64,000 nucleotides of DNA. Source: Minisyncoccota bacterium. Its GTDB lineage: Bacteria; Patescibacteriota; Minisyncoccia; 2-02-FULL-40-12; IGHO2-01-FULL-4-A. A program made the position numbers and the translations under genes. The stretch lies in contig DATDXQ010000028.1 in NCBI GenBank assembly GCA_036517175.1, positions 2,113 to 66,112 of the forward strand, in the 5' to 3' direction. The notes under the pieces are model-generated. The model worked only from the letters and a program-made list of their open reading frames with translations, made no database searches and was not told the DNA's origin. Below are positions 29,823 to 39,181 of this stretch, piece by piece (the first letter of the stretch is position 1; each line of letters opens with the position of its first letter).

Positions 29823-30570
29823 ACGAACAAATTTGTCCAACTTCCTCAATGTATAGTTTTGTAGCTTGAGTATCCAACAAATCATTGTTGTCCCTGATTC
29901 CGCTTTCTGCATCTGTACTAAGATCAAATTCCTTAATAAGCTTAGCCACTGGACCTAAAGTTTTATGGCTTAATGCACCTGCGATACCCAAACCAACAGA
30001 AGAAATTTTCTCCCTGATCGCCAAGATATAATCTCTAGCAACTTGAGAAACAATAGGTACACCCAATCCACCGCTTGGATCAAGAAGAACATAATCTATA
30101 ACATCCTCATACTCAGCTAGACGAGAGGCCAATTGCTCGGGAGAATTGTTGATTTCATCAAATGCCCGCTTGCCAACTTGCAAAACAATCTTGTTTGGCC
30201 ACTCATTCTTGTGTTTTAAAACTTCCTTATACGGCGGCCAGGCAATGTTTAATTGGAATCCATCTAAAAATGGTCCGCCCAGTTCCGACATGTCGTTGAG
30301 TTGCGCCGCCAGGGTTTCAGGTTCATCGGTGTTATAGTGGATTAGATTTAAAAACCTGTCATCATCCAAAAATATATGGCTGATATGACTAATCCTTGGG
30401 TATCTATTCGGCCGTTTGTTCGGCTGATTTCTTAACTTCTTTAGACTCGAAAGTACTCCAACCATAAGCAATCTTTTTGAATTGCTTGGAATGCAATCTA
30501 AAGCTATGACAACATCAGTGCTTCTCATAAAACCAGTTACACCAATATACGGCTTAGGACGATCTCCCAC
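29821..30570 (-). CDS. TIM-barrel protein with a phosphoribosylanthranilate-isomerase (TrpF)-like motif pattern.
   Basis: YIGVTGF..., LLDPSGGLGVPI and VGLGIAGAL segments resemble PRAI strands. GTG start preceded by AAGGAG. Confidence 0.4.
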   Translation of the reverse strand: MGDRPKPYIGVTGFMRSTDVVIALDCIPSNSKRLLMVGVLSSLKKLRNQPNKRPNRYPRISHISHIFLDDDRFLNLIHYNTDEPETLAAQLNDMSELGGPFLDGFQLNIAWPPYKEVLKHKNEWPNKIVLQVGKRAFDEINNSPEQLASRLAEYEDVIDYVLLDPSGGLGVPIVSQVARDYILAIREKISSVGLGIAGALSHKTLGPVAKLIKEFDLSTDAESGIRDNNDLLDTQATKLYIEEVGQICS

Positions 30571-30640
30571 AAAATTTCTCCTTTTTAAAACAGCCTATTT
30601 AACTTAATACAACATCCATCATATGTAAAGTTAAAATAAA

Positions 30641-32008
30641 TCACTTAGTTGGGACAACTCTATAAATTAGGCCCGCAGAGTCGTCAGAGATATATAAGGC
30701 ACCGTCAGGACCGAATTTGAGATCAACGGGTCTGCCGATTATAGCACCTTGCCCTGGACCAGCTTGTCCTGAGTCCGTCGAACGGGCCGAAGGGTCAAAA
30801 AATCCGGTTAAAAAATCCTCACCATCCTGATTTTTTGGCTGTTGCAGATTGCCATTTTTATCAAGATTAAACCTGACAATCTTATAACCTACGGGCTCAC
30901 TCCTGTTCCATGAACCATGATAGGCAACTAGCAGATCACCAGCCCACCCACCAGGCCATTTATTTGAATCAATAAACGCCAGGCCCAGCGGCGCAGAATG
31001 TGCCGGTATTTCTATCAGGGGTGCTTCTGTCTGACTGCAATCGGCTGATATATCGACTCGGTCTACCTTGGTCGGATTGAATGTCTTGTCTCTAATCTTG
31101 TCGCCATAGCAAAAAGGCCAGCCATAACGACGAGCTCCGAACTTGTGCTCTTCGGTCGCAACCTTTACGATATTTATTTCATCAGGGGGCAGTTCATCAC
31201 CAAGATTATCGCGCCCCATATCAGTCGCCCAAATCTCATCTGTTTCGGGATGGAATGCAAAAAATACAGAATTCCTTAATCCACCAGCAAATTCTGCCGT
31301 ATACTTACCTTCCGGATCTGACTCTAAAATGCTTGCCCTCTTCCATGTTTCAGTTTCCACGCAAACATCACACGATGAGCCAACACTTATATAAAGCTTC
31401 ATCGGAACCTGCGTATCCACCTCACTTTTGCCACCTATAATCTGTTCTTCACGAAAATTGCGCCCGAAAGCGATAGTCCTAGTAAAATGCATACCGTCAG
31501 CCGGTAGGTTAGCTATGTTCTTGCCAATCGTATTCATTAAGGTTCCCTTCGACACGTCATACTCAAAGCGTGAGACTTGATAAGTTTCAGCCACGTAAAG
31601 ATAAACTTTTTTAGTCTTGGGATCAGTGTAAAAAGCCAATCCATGCGGAGACTTGCGGTTTTCCAGTATCACTGTTTTCTTTTCAGCCAAGCCGTCGTTA
31701 TCAGCGTCTGTAAGGGATACGACCCGCCCAGCCTTAGTTTCACTTACAAACATTCTGCCCTTAGAATCAAAGGCGATGACCCTGGGATTGATAAGATTAT
31801 CAGCAAAAACCGAGATGGAGAATCCAGGAGGAAGAGTCAGAAAATCAAGCTTACCATCCGCACTTGGAGACGGCGTAGATGTAGTCTTCGGAACATTATA
31901 TCCGGCTATTTTTTTAAGAACCAGGGAGTCAGTCACGAAAAAATATGTTCCCACAATCAAAACCGCCAAAAACAAAACAGCATAAATCTTGTTAATCTTG
32001 ATCTTCAT
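30641..32008 (-). CDS. Membrane-anchored soluble-quinoprotein-type sugar (glucose/sorbosone) dehydrogenase beta-propeller.
   Basis: N-terminal TM helix. GFSISVFADNLINPRVIAFDSKGRMFVSE propeller blade signature of the SGDH family. Confidence 0.6.
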   Translation of the reverse strand: MKIKINKIYAVLFLAVLIVGTYFFVTDSLVLKKIAGYNVPKTTSTPSPSADGKLDFLTLPPGFSISVFADNLINPRVIAFDSKGRMFVSETKAGRVVSLTDADNDGLAEKKTVILENRKSPHGLAFYTDPKTKKVYLYVAETYQVSRFEYDVSKGTLMNTIGKNIANLPADGMHFTRTIAFGRNFREEQIIGGKSEVDTQVPMKLYISVGSSCDVCVETETWKRASILESDPEGKYTAEFAGGLRNSVFFAFHPETDEIWATDMGRDNLGDELPPDEINIVKVATEEHKFGARRYGWPFCYGDKIRDKTFNPTKVDRVDISADCSQTEAPLIEIPAHSAPLGLAFIDSNKWPGGWAGDLLVAYHGSWNRSEPVGYKIVRFNLDKNGNLQQPKNQDGEDFLTGFFDPSARSTDSGQAGPGQGAIIGRPVDLKFGPDGALYISDDSAGLIYRVVPTK

Positions 32009-32009
32009 A

Positions 32010-32564
32010 TTAATATTTTAACTCCACAGGAATCTGGCCGGTACAGGAAGATTCTTTGATTTCTAGATTCCTATTTATAAAGACTCCGTAGGTAACCTTA
32101 GCGGTCAAAATATAGTTTTTGGATTTAGGACTATCCGGTAAACTCACCGTTAAGTCTTCCATGCCATCGGGCAACGGAAGATTAGCAAAAATATTCGGAC
32201 CTACTGACAAATTATCATCGGGAGATATAGTCCAAAAAATAAGTCTGGCTATGCTGTCAATATTTTTATAAATAATATTGGCATCCTTATTCTCGTATAA
32301 CTTGGGCGAAATGAACACAATACTGCCTGTCAATTGGCATTCTGCTGGTGGATATTTGTTCATGGCATCTGGTGTTTGAGTAACTTGAGAGGTCGGGAGC
32401 GGAGTCACTGTCACAGAAGTAGTCGCGCTAGGTTCTGCGGTAACGGTGGGGGTAGGGACCTCGCCAGGCTCTTGGACTCTCAGTTTTGAAAAATATAAAA
32501 ACAAAACTAAAGCAGCGCCAACCGCCAAAACCACTAGCAATATTATAGTTTTTTTAGTAATCAT
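32010..32564 (-). CDS. Membrane-anchored hypothetical protein with a Pro/Thr linker.
   Basis: Single N-terminal TM helix, then TPTVTAEPSATTSVTVTPLPTSQVTQTP linker. Confidence 0.4.
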   Translation of the reverse strand: MITKKTIILLVVLAVGAALVLFLYFSKLRVQEPGEVPTPTVTAEPSATTSVTVTPLPTSQVTQTPDAMNKYPPAECQLTGSIVFISPKLYENKDANIIYKNIDSIARLIFWTISPDDNLSVGPNIFANLPLPDGMEDLTVSLPDSPKSKNYILTAKVTYGVFINRNLEIKESSCTGQIPVELKY

Positions 32565-32581
32565 ATTAATCAAATTATTGA

Positions 32582-34351
32582 CTATTTTAGTCTCTTAATC
32601 AAGTCTTCAATCAACCGTCCGGCTTCTGGATCATTCCCCACCACCTCAAGGCCCAGATTAAGATTTTCAATGGCAGATTTGTGATTATTTATAGCCAAAT
32701 ATAACAATGCGGCATTATAATAGACTCTCGGATCATTAGATCTCAGCCTTTTTAGAATCTCGGCGTATTCTATTGCTTTGGTTAAATCGCCTTGATTGGC
32801 ATAAATAACCACCAAATTTTGATAGGAATAGTGGAAATTTGGATCAATCTCTATCGCCCTTTCAAATTCTTTGATGGCACCAAACATATCCCCCTCAGAT
32901 TGGAGTATGCCTCCAATGTTGAAATGGGGCTGGGGGAAAACATCCTCCACCGCGGCTGATTTCATATAATACTTGCGTGCAAGTTCTTTATCTCCCTGAT
33001 TGAAATACAAATTTCCCAAATTATTATTTACTCGAGCACTCTGTGGTTCATATTTCAAAATATCTTTAAAAAATTCAATCGGTTTGCCCCAAAGAATATT
33101 GCGCCTTATGGCTTGATAACCGAAAAATGAAAAATAAATAACCAACAAAGCAGAAAGTACGAAATAGAGAGTAGGAAGTTTTTTAGATTTTAATAAATCA
33201 AACATTTTTAGCAAATAAAATGAGATAACAAACCAGAATCCTACCATGGGCAGGTAGAGCCAATGTTCATACATGACGGCGTTGATCGGCACAATGCCGG
33301 AAACCGGACTAAGACCGACAAAAAACCAGCCTACCCCCAATAGCCAAATCTTATACGTCCTGTCCCCTGCCCTATACAATCGCCAAACTTGCCACATGAT
33401 GCCCACGGTTATCATAACCCCAAACCAAACCGGCCATTGAAACAAAGAAGTATGCACTGTCACACTTCTTTCCATATGCAGACCGACTGGCACGAACAAC
33501 AGCCGTATGTAATCAACAAGAACATGCATGAAAGTCATTATCCGATACCACAGATTTTCTGAATACAGATTCGGCGCGGTGTAAAAGTTGAGGGTATTCT
33601 GGAAATTAAGGACTGTGAGTCGCAGGATGCCGTAAATTATGACTACCCCGAAATACAACCACGCCTCTTTTAGGGCTTTTTTAATTGAGATTAAAAATTT
33701 ATCAGTAGAAATAAACGCAATGTAAAAAACCACCAAAAGAAACGGAAATATAATACCAGTTTCCCTGCTTAATATACCGATAGCCGCTGAGGCCAAAGAT
33801 ATAAATTTGTATATCAAAGACTTAGACGGATTATCTTTTGATTTAATAAATAGAAACAGGGCCAAAAACATAAAAAACACGACCAGTGAATCACCCCGGC
33901 CGGCAATATATGTTACGGCTTCGGTTTGAAGAGGATGAATAGTAAAAATAAAAGCCGTCAGAAAAGCCACAAGATTAGACCTTTTTGAAGATCCGAGGTC
34001 GAATCTTTTAAGCAGAAAAAAAACTAAGACTGCGTTAGCTATATGTATTAAATTGCTTGTGAGGTGCCAAAATATGGGCTGTATTCCTGATGCTACATAA
34101 TTGATGGCGAAAGTTAAAAATAGAAACGGCCGGTAGTAATTGCTATCCAAGCCCACTCCAGCGAGAGTATTATGACTGAACCAAAACTTAAGGTTATTCC
34201 AGGTTATATCATGTACAAAGACATTGTTTATTATCCAATCATCGTCATCCCAAAAAAGAGGATTGTCCAAATTAAAGGCGTAAATAAAAAATCCAGCGGC
34301 AGCGAGAACTAGAATTGGCCAAAAACGGCGGAATAAATGAGAAATAAACAT
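32582..34351 (-). CDS. Polytopic membrane protein with a C-terminal TPR-repeat domain (GT-C / TMTC-like putative protein glycosyltransferase).
   Basis: About 12 TM helices over 400 aa, then 4-5 TPR-like repeats (NLGNLYFNQGD..., YQNLVVIYANQGD...). Confidence 0.5.
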   Translation of the reverse strand: MFISHLFRRFWPILVLAAAGFFIYAFNLDNPLFWDDDDWIINNVFVHDITWNNLKFWFSHNTLAGVGLDSNYYRPFLFLTFAINYVASGIQPIFWHLTSNLIHIANAVLVFFLLKRFDLGSSKRSNLVAFLTAFIFTIHPLQTEAVTYIAGRGDSLVVFFMFLALFLFIKSKDNPSKSLIYKFISLASAAIGILSRETGIIFPFLLVVFYIAFISTDKFLISIKKALKEAWLYFGVVIIYGILRLTVLNFQNTLNFYTAPNLYSENLWYRIMTFMHVLVDYIRLLFVPVGLHMERSVTVHTSLFQWPVWFGVMITVGIMWQVWRLYRAGDRTYKIWLLGVGWFFVGLSPVSGIVPINAVMYEHWLYLPMVGFWFVISFYLLKMFDLLKSKKLPTLYFVLSALLVIYFSFFGYQAIRRNILWGKPIEFFKDILKYEPQSARVNNNLGNLYFNQGDKELARKYYMKSAAVEDVFPQPHFNIGGILQSEGDMFGAIKEFERAIEIDPNFHYSYQNLVVIYANQGDLTKAIEYAEILKRLRSNDPRVYYNAALLYLAINNHKSAIENLNLGLEVVGNDPEAGRLIEDLIKRLK

Positions 34352-34491
34352 AACTAAAATGTATCAAAAAAAGGCCTGCCAAGCAAACCAAAACCCCACC
34401 ATTTGGTGGGGTTTTGTAATTTCTTGGCCAAGACCCGATGCAAGATCGGGAGTGCCAAATACTTGACTAAAGCCAGCTCAGCTGGTTAAAC

Positions 34492-37400
34492 CTAGAAACC
34501 ACTCGTGACAAAGGAGGTTCCGTTAAGCGGCAATGTCTTCAAGACATTTGCTACGTTTGCGGTTCCGATGTCAGTTACATCAGAGTTAGCTACCCAGTTA
34601 ACCTGACTAGCCTCATCACGCAATACCAATTGGAAGTAGTCGCCGTTTGTAGCGAATCCTGCAAATGTAGTAGTCGCGTAAATTGTCTTAGATGAACCAC
34701 CGGAGATCTCTAGATCCTGACCAGTGCCTGACGTACCGAAGCTCAACGAAGCCACCATATCAGTACCGGACTGTGCAGTCTCGAGAATATCTGTTCCATA
34801 GGTTACGTTGTCATCAGCACCTAAGAATGTCAATGTCATATTGGCATTCGTCTGACCAGAAGCCACTGTGTCGAATAGTATGGATCCGGAAGAATTGATA
34901 ACGCCTCCGTCGAATAATAGCTTCGAGTCGGCAAGACCAACGGCCTCAATAGTAAACCTAAGTACTTCTTTATTACCACCGATGGCATTACCACCACTTG
35001 AAGCGCTCAAGTTGGTAAACTTAGGAAATACTCTATAGGCATACATATTGTTGCCTGCCCTGTTTACAATATCCGCGTCTGTTCCGCTCGTTACCGTTCC
35101 GGATTCACCGACTGACCTAAACTCGTTAGCTCCGCCACCAGAGAAGTCGATGGAGAAGTTCACGGCATTAGTCGCACCCTCTGCCTTGGTCTTCATATCG
35201 GCCTTAACTGTCACGTCCAATGAACTGTCAGCAGGTACATATGGTCGGTTATCTCCCGTCCATGCAAATGATACCGAAGCCTTAGTGTCAAATACACCTT
35301 CGCTCGTTATCGTGGCTCCCGCTTTGTTCTTGTAGGTCAAATAGACCTTCTCAACATTGGCAATCACATCAGCGATTGTATCGCCAGTTTGCAAAGTTAC
35401 CTCTTCCAGATACTGACCCTCGTCAGTTGCTGTAAATCTGAATTTGGAAAACTCGGCACCGTTCTGGCCCCAATATACTCCAGCCTTGGCAGTAGTTGCC
35501 GGAGCGGCAGCCACCGTAAGATTACCAGAATTCTTAACAGTCAAGACAACTGTCGGCGTGACACCCCCGTTAGGACTGTTGTTGCCATTATTAACGGTGT
35601 TGTTGGAATCATCTATGGCCGTAACATCAGTTGCGCCATCGATATCGAAAGAATATCCGTCTCCCTCTGAACCTGATGCTGTGTTATTTGAGAGATTGGC
35701 CTTAACCAATAAGGTCCTTGTCTCACCAGCAGCAAGCATCCAGTTCAAATTACTGAACTTAATAGTACCAGTGTTGATTACGCTTAAATTATTGCTATTT
35801 GGGGTGTTGGAAATCAAAGCGCCAGTTCCACCGTCATAGATTGCTACGCTGCTAACAGCATTGGCAATAGATACCCCAGCATTGCTAGTATCAACACCTT
35901 CATTCTGAGTTCCTGTAAGAGCTCCGTCCGTACCGTCTTCAACATAACCAGTTAAGGTAATATCAGTAACTTTTAATCCAGAACCTTGAGCTGCGGCAAA
36001 TGTTATGCCTACGAATTCAGCTCCGTTAGTTCCCTTGATATAGGTCCTGTCTGTCGGTGAAGCTGCTAGACCTAAGGTCAAAGATGAACCCTTTAAGGTA
36101 ATGTTAGAACCGGATATATCTGAGTTAGGAACAACATCAGTAGTAGCAACCGCTGTGTTGGTTCCTGAGTACTTCATTACAGTTACGTCAGCTCCTGGAT
36201 AAGAATCAAGAACCATTCTGACTACGCTGTTAGCGTCTAGGTCAGCGGTACCGGTATCATCAACGGCATCACCATCAAAGTCAGCTGTAACCTTGAAGTT
36301 GTATGTTTGGCCGGCAGACAAATCAATCACATCTGTAAATGTATTCTTAGCTCCGTCAACATTGTCCGGACATGAAACATCATCGGCTTCATTAAATGCA
36401 GATCCGTCAACCGGACCCATCACAACCTGGCCAGAGTCCTCATTAATAACTTTAACGTCAAGGACATCAGCACTCAAACCGTTGGTTGTATCTTCTACTG
36501 CTGCATAAGTTCCATTTCCATCATCGTCGGAACAGAATACCAATTCCGTCTTACGAACCTCAATGTTGCTTACGGCAGTCATTGAGAATCGGAGAAGGGT
36601 AACATCTGTAGAATTGGTGGCAATATTAGTGGCGTTCGGACCATTATAAGCGATTGTCAAAACTCCACCTTGTAGGGTTAGGTCAGTGACATCGCTAGCC
36701 GCATCTATATCCGTATCGGTAACAGCCATACCTTGGCCGTACTGATCTCCAACAGCATAGGTGTCGGCATCATTTTCAAAGTAAAAGTCAATTGTCTCAG
36801 ACTTCTTGCCAGCTAGGTCAGCCCACACCTTGAATATGGCATTTCCTCCCTTGATAATGGTAAATCCTGAACCAAGATCAAACACGGCATAACCGTCAGA
36901 AGTCATACTACCAGACCATGTGCTGGTACCGCTTGTTAACTTAAGATTGGTCATATCGCTAGGCTTGATTGTTCCACCATTGATTAAAGTCAGTCTCTTC
37001 ACGCTGGCAGCTTCTGTGTTGGCAGTAATTTTGAATTCAGAAACCTGCGCAGCTTTTTGACCAACAGTCGGGTTAGACAATGAACCTGACCTGACAAGTG
37101 TTACTCCACCAGATGAAGCTCCGGAACTGGAAACATTATTTCCATTCAAAGGTAAACCGGATACGGTGCCCGAAGCGGACACACTCAATAATTGCATGAA
37201 GTTAACATTGCCAGCTGTATTAGCGGCAGCCATGTCAGCGATAACTGAAAGGTCCTTCCATCCACTTACCGGAACATTCAGCAAGAATGTGACCTCACCA
37301 TTTGAAGATGAGAACGTCTTACCAGAAACTAATCTCTTTGCGCCATCATATATGTAGACGTTGGCAAAGTCATCAGTTTGACCGGCACCCAGTCTCTTAA

Positions 37401-38109
37401 CTGTCATACCAGTGATTGTTCCGCTACCGGAAAATCTAACTTTCAAGAACTCAACACCTGTTGCATTCAGTGTGATCGTCTTAGCTAATGGACTATCAGG
37501 AGCTAAAACAACAGACAATGGACCGGTTGCAACCGGAGTTGAACCTGGAGTCCTGGAATAGTTAGGGACCTGGTTTACTGAAGTGTAATTAGATCCTTTG
37601 GCATACCAATTGAACTCATTGTTGTTGATACAGAAAACTTTCTTGAAGAAATTGGCGTCATCAGCAACAGCCTGTGAGCCTGTTGTGTTAACCCAGTGGA
37701 GCATACCGACATCTTCACCGGTAGTCTCAACACCATAAACTTTCTCATCATTGGCTTCACAATTTCTGAACAAACCGGAAGTGCCGAAAGCATCTCTGGT
37801 TGCAGGTGAGACATTCTTAACAGCCGCGAAGCCGCCAAGGTGTCCATAGAAGCCGAATATTGCAGGGTTCAAGAACAATCTCTTGTAACCGTGCTCATTA
37901 ACAATATATACATCTGGATCGTCAGAACCGGCGGCGCTTACAACGTCACCCTCTTTCAATCCATAATCGCTAGGAGCTACAGCTGAGGCATTATTCACAC
38001 CAAAGAAGTAGACAAAACCTGCGACTAGCAACATCGCTGTTGCTATAGCAACAATCGTGGAAACATTTTTAAGTTCCCCGATGCCACCATAAGTCGTAGC
38101 TTTACTCAT
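34492..38109 (-). CDS. Large (1205 aa) secreted/anchored surface protein, candidate S-layer protein.
   Basis: N-terminal signal anchor. Composition dominated by T, S, G, N, D, A and V. No catalytic motifs. Positioned after the glycosylation locus. Confidence 0.55.
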   Translation of the reverse strand: MSKATTYGGIGELKNVSTIVAIATAMLLVAGFVYFFGVNNASAVAPSDYGLKEGDVVSAAGSDDPDVYIVNEHGYKRLFLNPAIFGFYGHLGGFAAVKNVSPATRDAFGTSGLFRNCEANDEKVYGVETTGEDVGMLHWVNTTGSQAVADDANFFKKVFCINNNEFNWYAKGSNYTSVNQVPNYSRTPGSTPVATGPLSVVLAPDSPLAKTITLNATGVEFLKVRFSGSGTITGMTVKRLGAGQTDDFANVYIYDGAKRLVSGKTFSSSNGEVTFLLNVPVSGWKDLSVIADMAAANTAGNVNFMQLLSVSASGTVSGLPLNGNNVSSSGASSGGVTLVRSGSLSNPTVGQKAAQVSEFKITANTEAASVKRLTLINGGTIKPSDMTNLKLTSGTSTWSGSMTSDGYAVFDLGSGFTIIKGGNAIFKVWADLAGKKSETIDFYFENDADTYAVGDQYGQGMAVTDTDIDAASDVTDLTLQGGVLTIAYNGPNATNIATNSTDVTLLRFSMTAVSNIEVRKTELVFCSDDDGNGTYAAVEDTTNGLSADVLDVKVINEDSGQVVMGPVDGSAFNEADDVSCPDNVDGAKNTFTDVIDLSAGQTYNFKVTADFDGDAVDDTGTADLDANSVVRMVLDSYPGADVTVMKYSGTNTAVATTDVVPNSDISGSNITLKGSSLTLGLAASPTDRTYIKGTNGAEFVGITFAAAQGSGLKVTDITLTGYVEDGTDGALTGTQNEGVDTSNAGVSIANAVSSVAIYDGGTGALISNTPNSNNLSVINTGTIKFSNLNWMLAAGETRTLLVKANLSNNTASGSEGDGYSFDIDGATDVTAIDDSNNTVNNGNNSPNGGVTPTVVLTVKNSGNLTVAAAPATTAKAGVYWGQNGAEFSKFRFTATDEGQYLEEVTLQTGDTIADVIANVEKVYLTYKNKAGATITSEGVFDTKASVSFAWTGDNRPYVPADSSLDVTVKADMKTKAEGATNAVNFSIDFSGGGANEFRSVGESGTVTSGTDADIVNRAGNNMYAYRVFPKFTNLSASSGGNAIGGNKEVLRFTIEAVGLADSKLLFDGGVINSSGSILFDTVASGQTNANMTLTFLGADDNVTYGTDILETAQSGTDMVASLSFGTSGTGQDLEISGGSSKTIYATTTFAGFATNGDYFQLVLRDEASQVNWVANSDVTDIGTANVANVLKTLPLNGTSFVTSGF

Positions 38110-39140
38110 GTTTTAATTTATTTTGATTCACCAACGCCCTGTCTAAAGACCGGGAATTGATGAGTTATTAATTTTAGAAGCAGAAACAAATACGATAACC
38201 GAATCTTAATTTCCTAATGCAATTTGAATATTGCAACTCGAGAGATGCATTCGACCACAAGTCTCAAGTTACATTGCAAATACTCGACCCACATAAAATT
38301 CGCTTATCACAACATAACAATAATTAACAATAATATTTTCTAATATTCTTGCGGCAATTTAAATCTTCTTGAAGCAACATGTTTATTAATTTTCAAAGTC
38401 CATTCCTATTGCCTTCCAATGACAGAAGCCTAAACCCTTAAAAATAATGGCAAGCATCTAACATCAGAATACAATCAATCAATATGATAACACTCCTTCT
38501 CAAAAACAACAAAGCAACCAAAATGGCTATTTCCAAAAGGTTGCATAGTGATTCAAGAATATCATATTTTCCTGTTATTTTTATATAAAATTGACTCTCT
38601 AGTGACATCTAACAGGGTTGCACTAATCTTATCAAAAGTGGCCCTAAAGGTCAACTTATAACTAAAAATAATAGCCAACCAGCAGCTACCAATAATTTTT
38701 AAATTTAACTTATCTAAATGGTAATGCGCTAGTTCATTTACAATTATAAACGATACTTATTAAGTCACAAGCTTTTCTGTGGATAAATTAGCAATATTTT
38801 TATAATTTTAAACAACATTGCAGCAATAAAATAGGGTGTGTTAATGTACTAAAATAAAATATACATGCTGATATATACAAGAATAGCGATCAATATTGTT
38901 TAACAAAAATAGTATATGTAGTTATTCGGAATAAACTATAAAAATAGCCTGGAGATAAATACGTTACTTAAATTGAGCTAATTTAAGCACTAAAGCTATT
39001 TAATAGATAGTTAGATAGCTTTAGTAATTTAACTTAATTATCAATTTAATCATGCCACGATGGTGTCACGATGATGTCGTAAACATTGTCATCATGCTGA
39101 CACCATTATCACCGTGACAAAAATTAAGCAACATCATTAC
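38110..39140 (-). promoter_or_regulatory. 1 kb AT-rich ORF-free leader/promoter region of the S-layer-like gene. It includes an imperfect 17-bp inverted repeat at 39059-39107.
   Basis: No ORF of 60 aa or more on either strand. Inverted repeat ATGGTGTCACGATGATG ... CATCATGCTGACACCAT. Confidence 0.45.
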
Positions 39141-39141
39141 T

Positions 39142-39172
39142 TTTAAAAAAAGATCGCTTAAATTAGCGACCT
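39142..39172 (-). terminator. Rho-independent terminator of the PD40 gene.
   Basis: gatcgct-taaatt-agcgacc hairpin. Minus-strand T7 run. Confidence 0.45.
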
Positions 39173-39181
39173 TGATACAGC

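Noticed and set aside
34692-37847. Multiple 60-130 aa ORFs on both strands inside the 1205-aa surface-protein gene and inside other long genes (for example 830..1117, 1608..2022, 24268..24597).
   Set aside because: They are antisense or out of frame within well-supported long CDSs and are compositionally driven. None is called.
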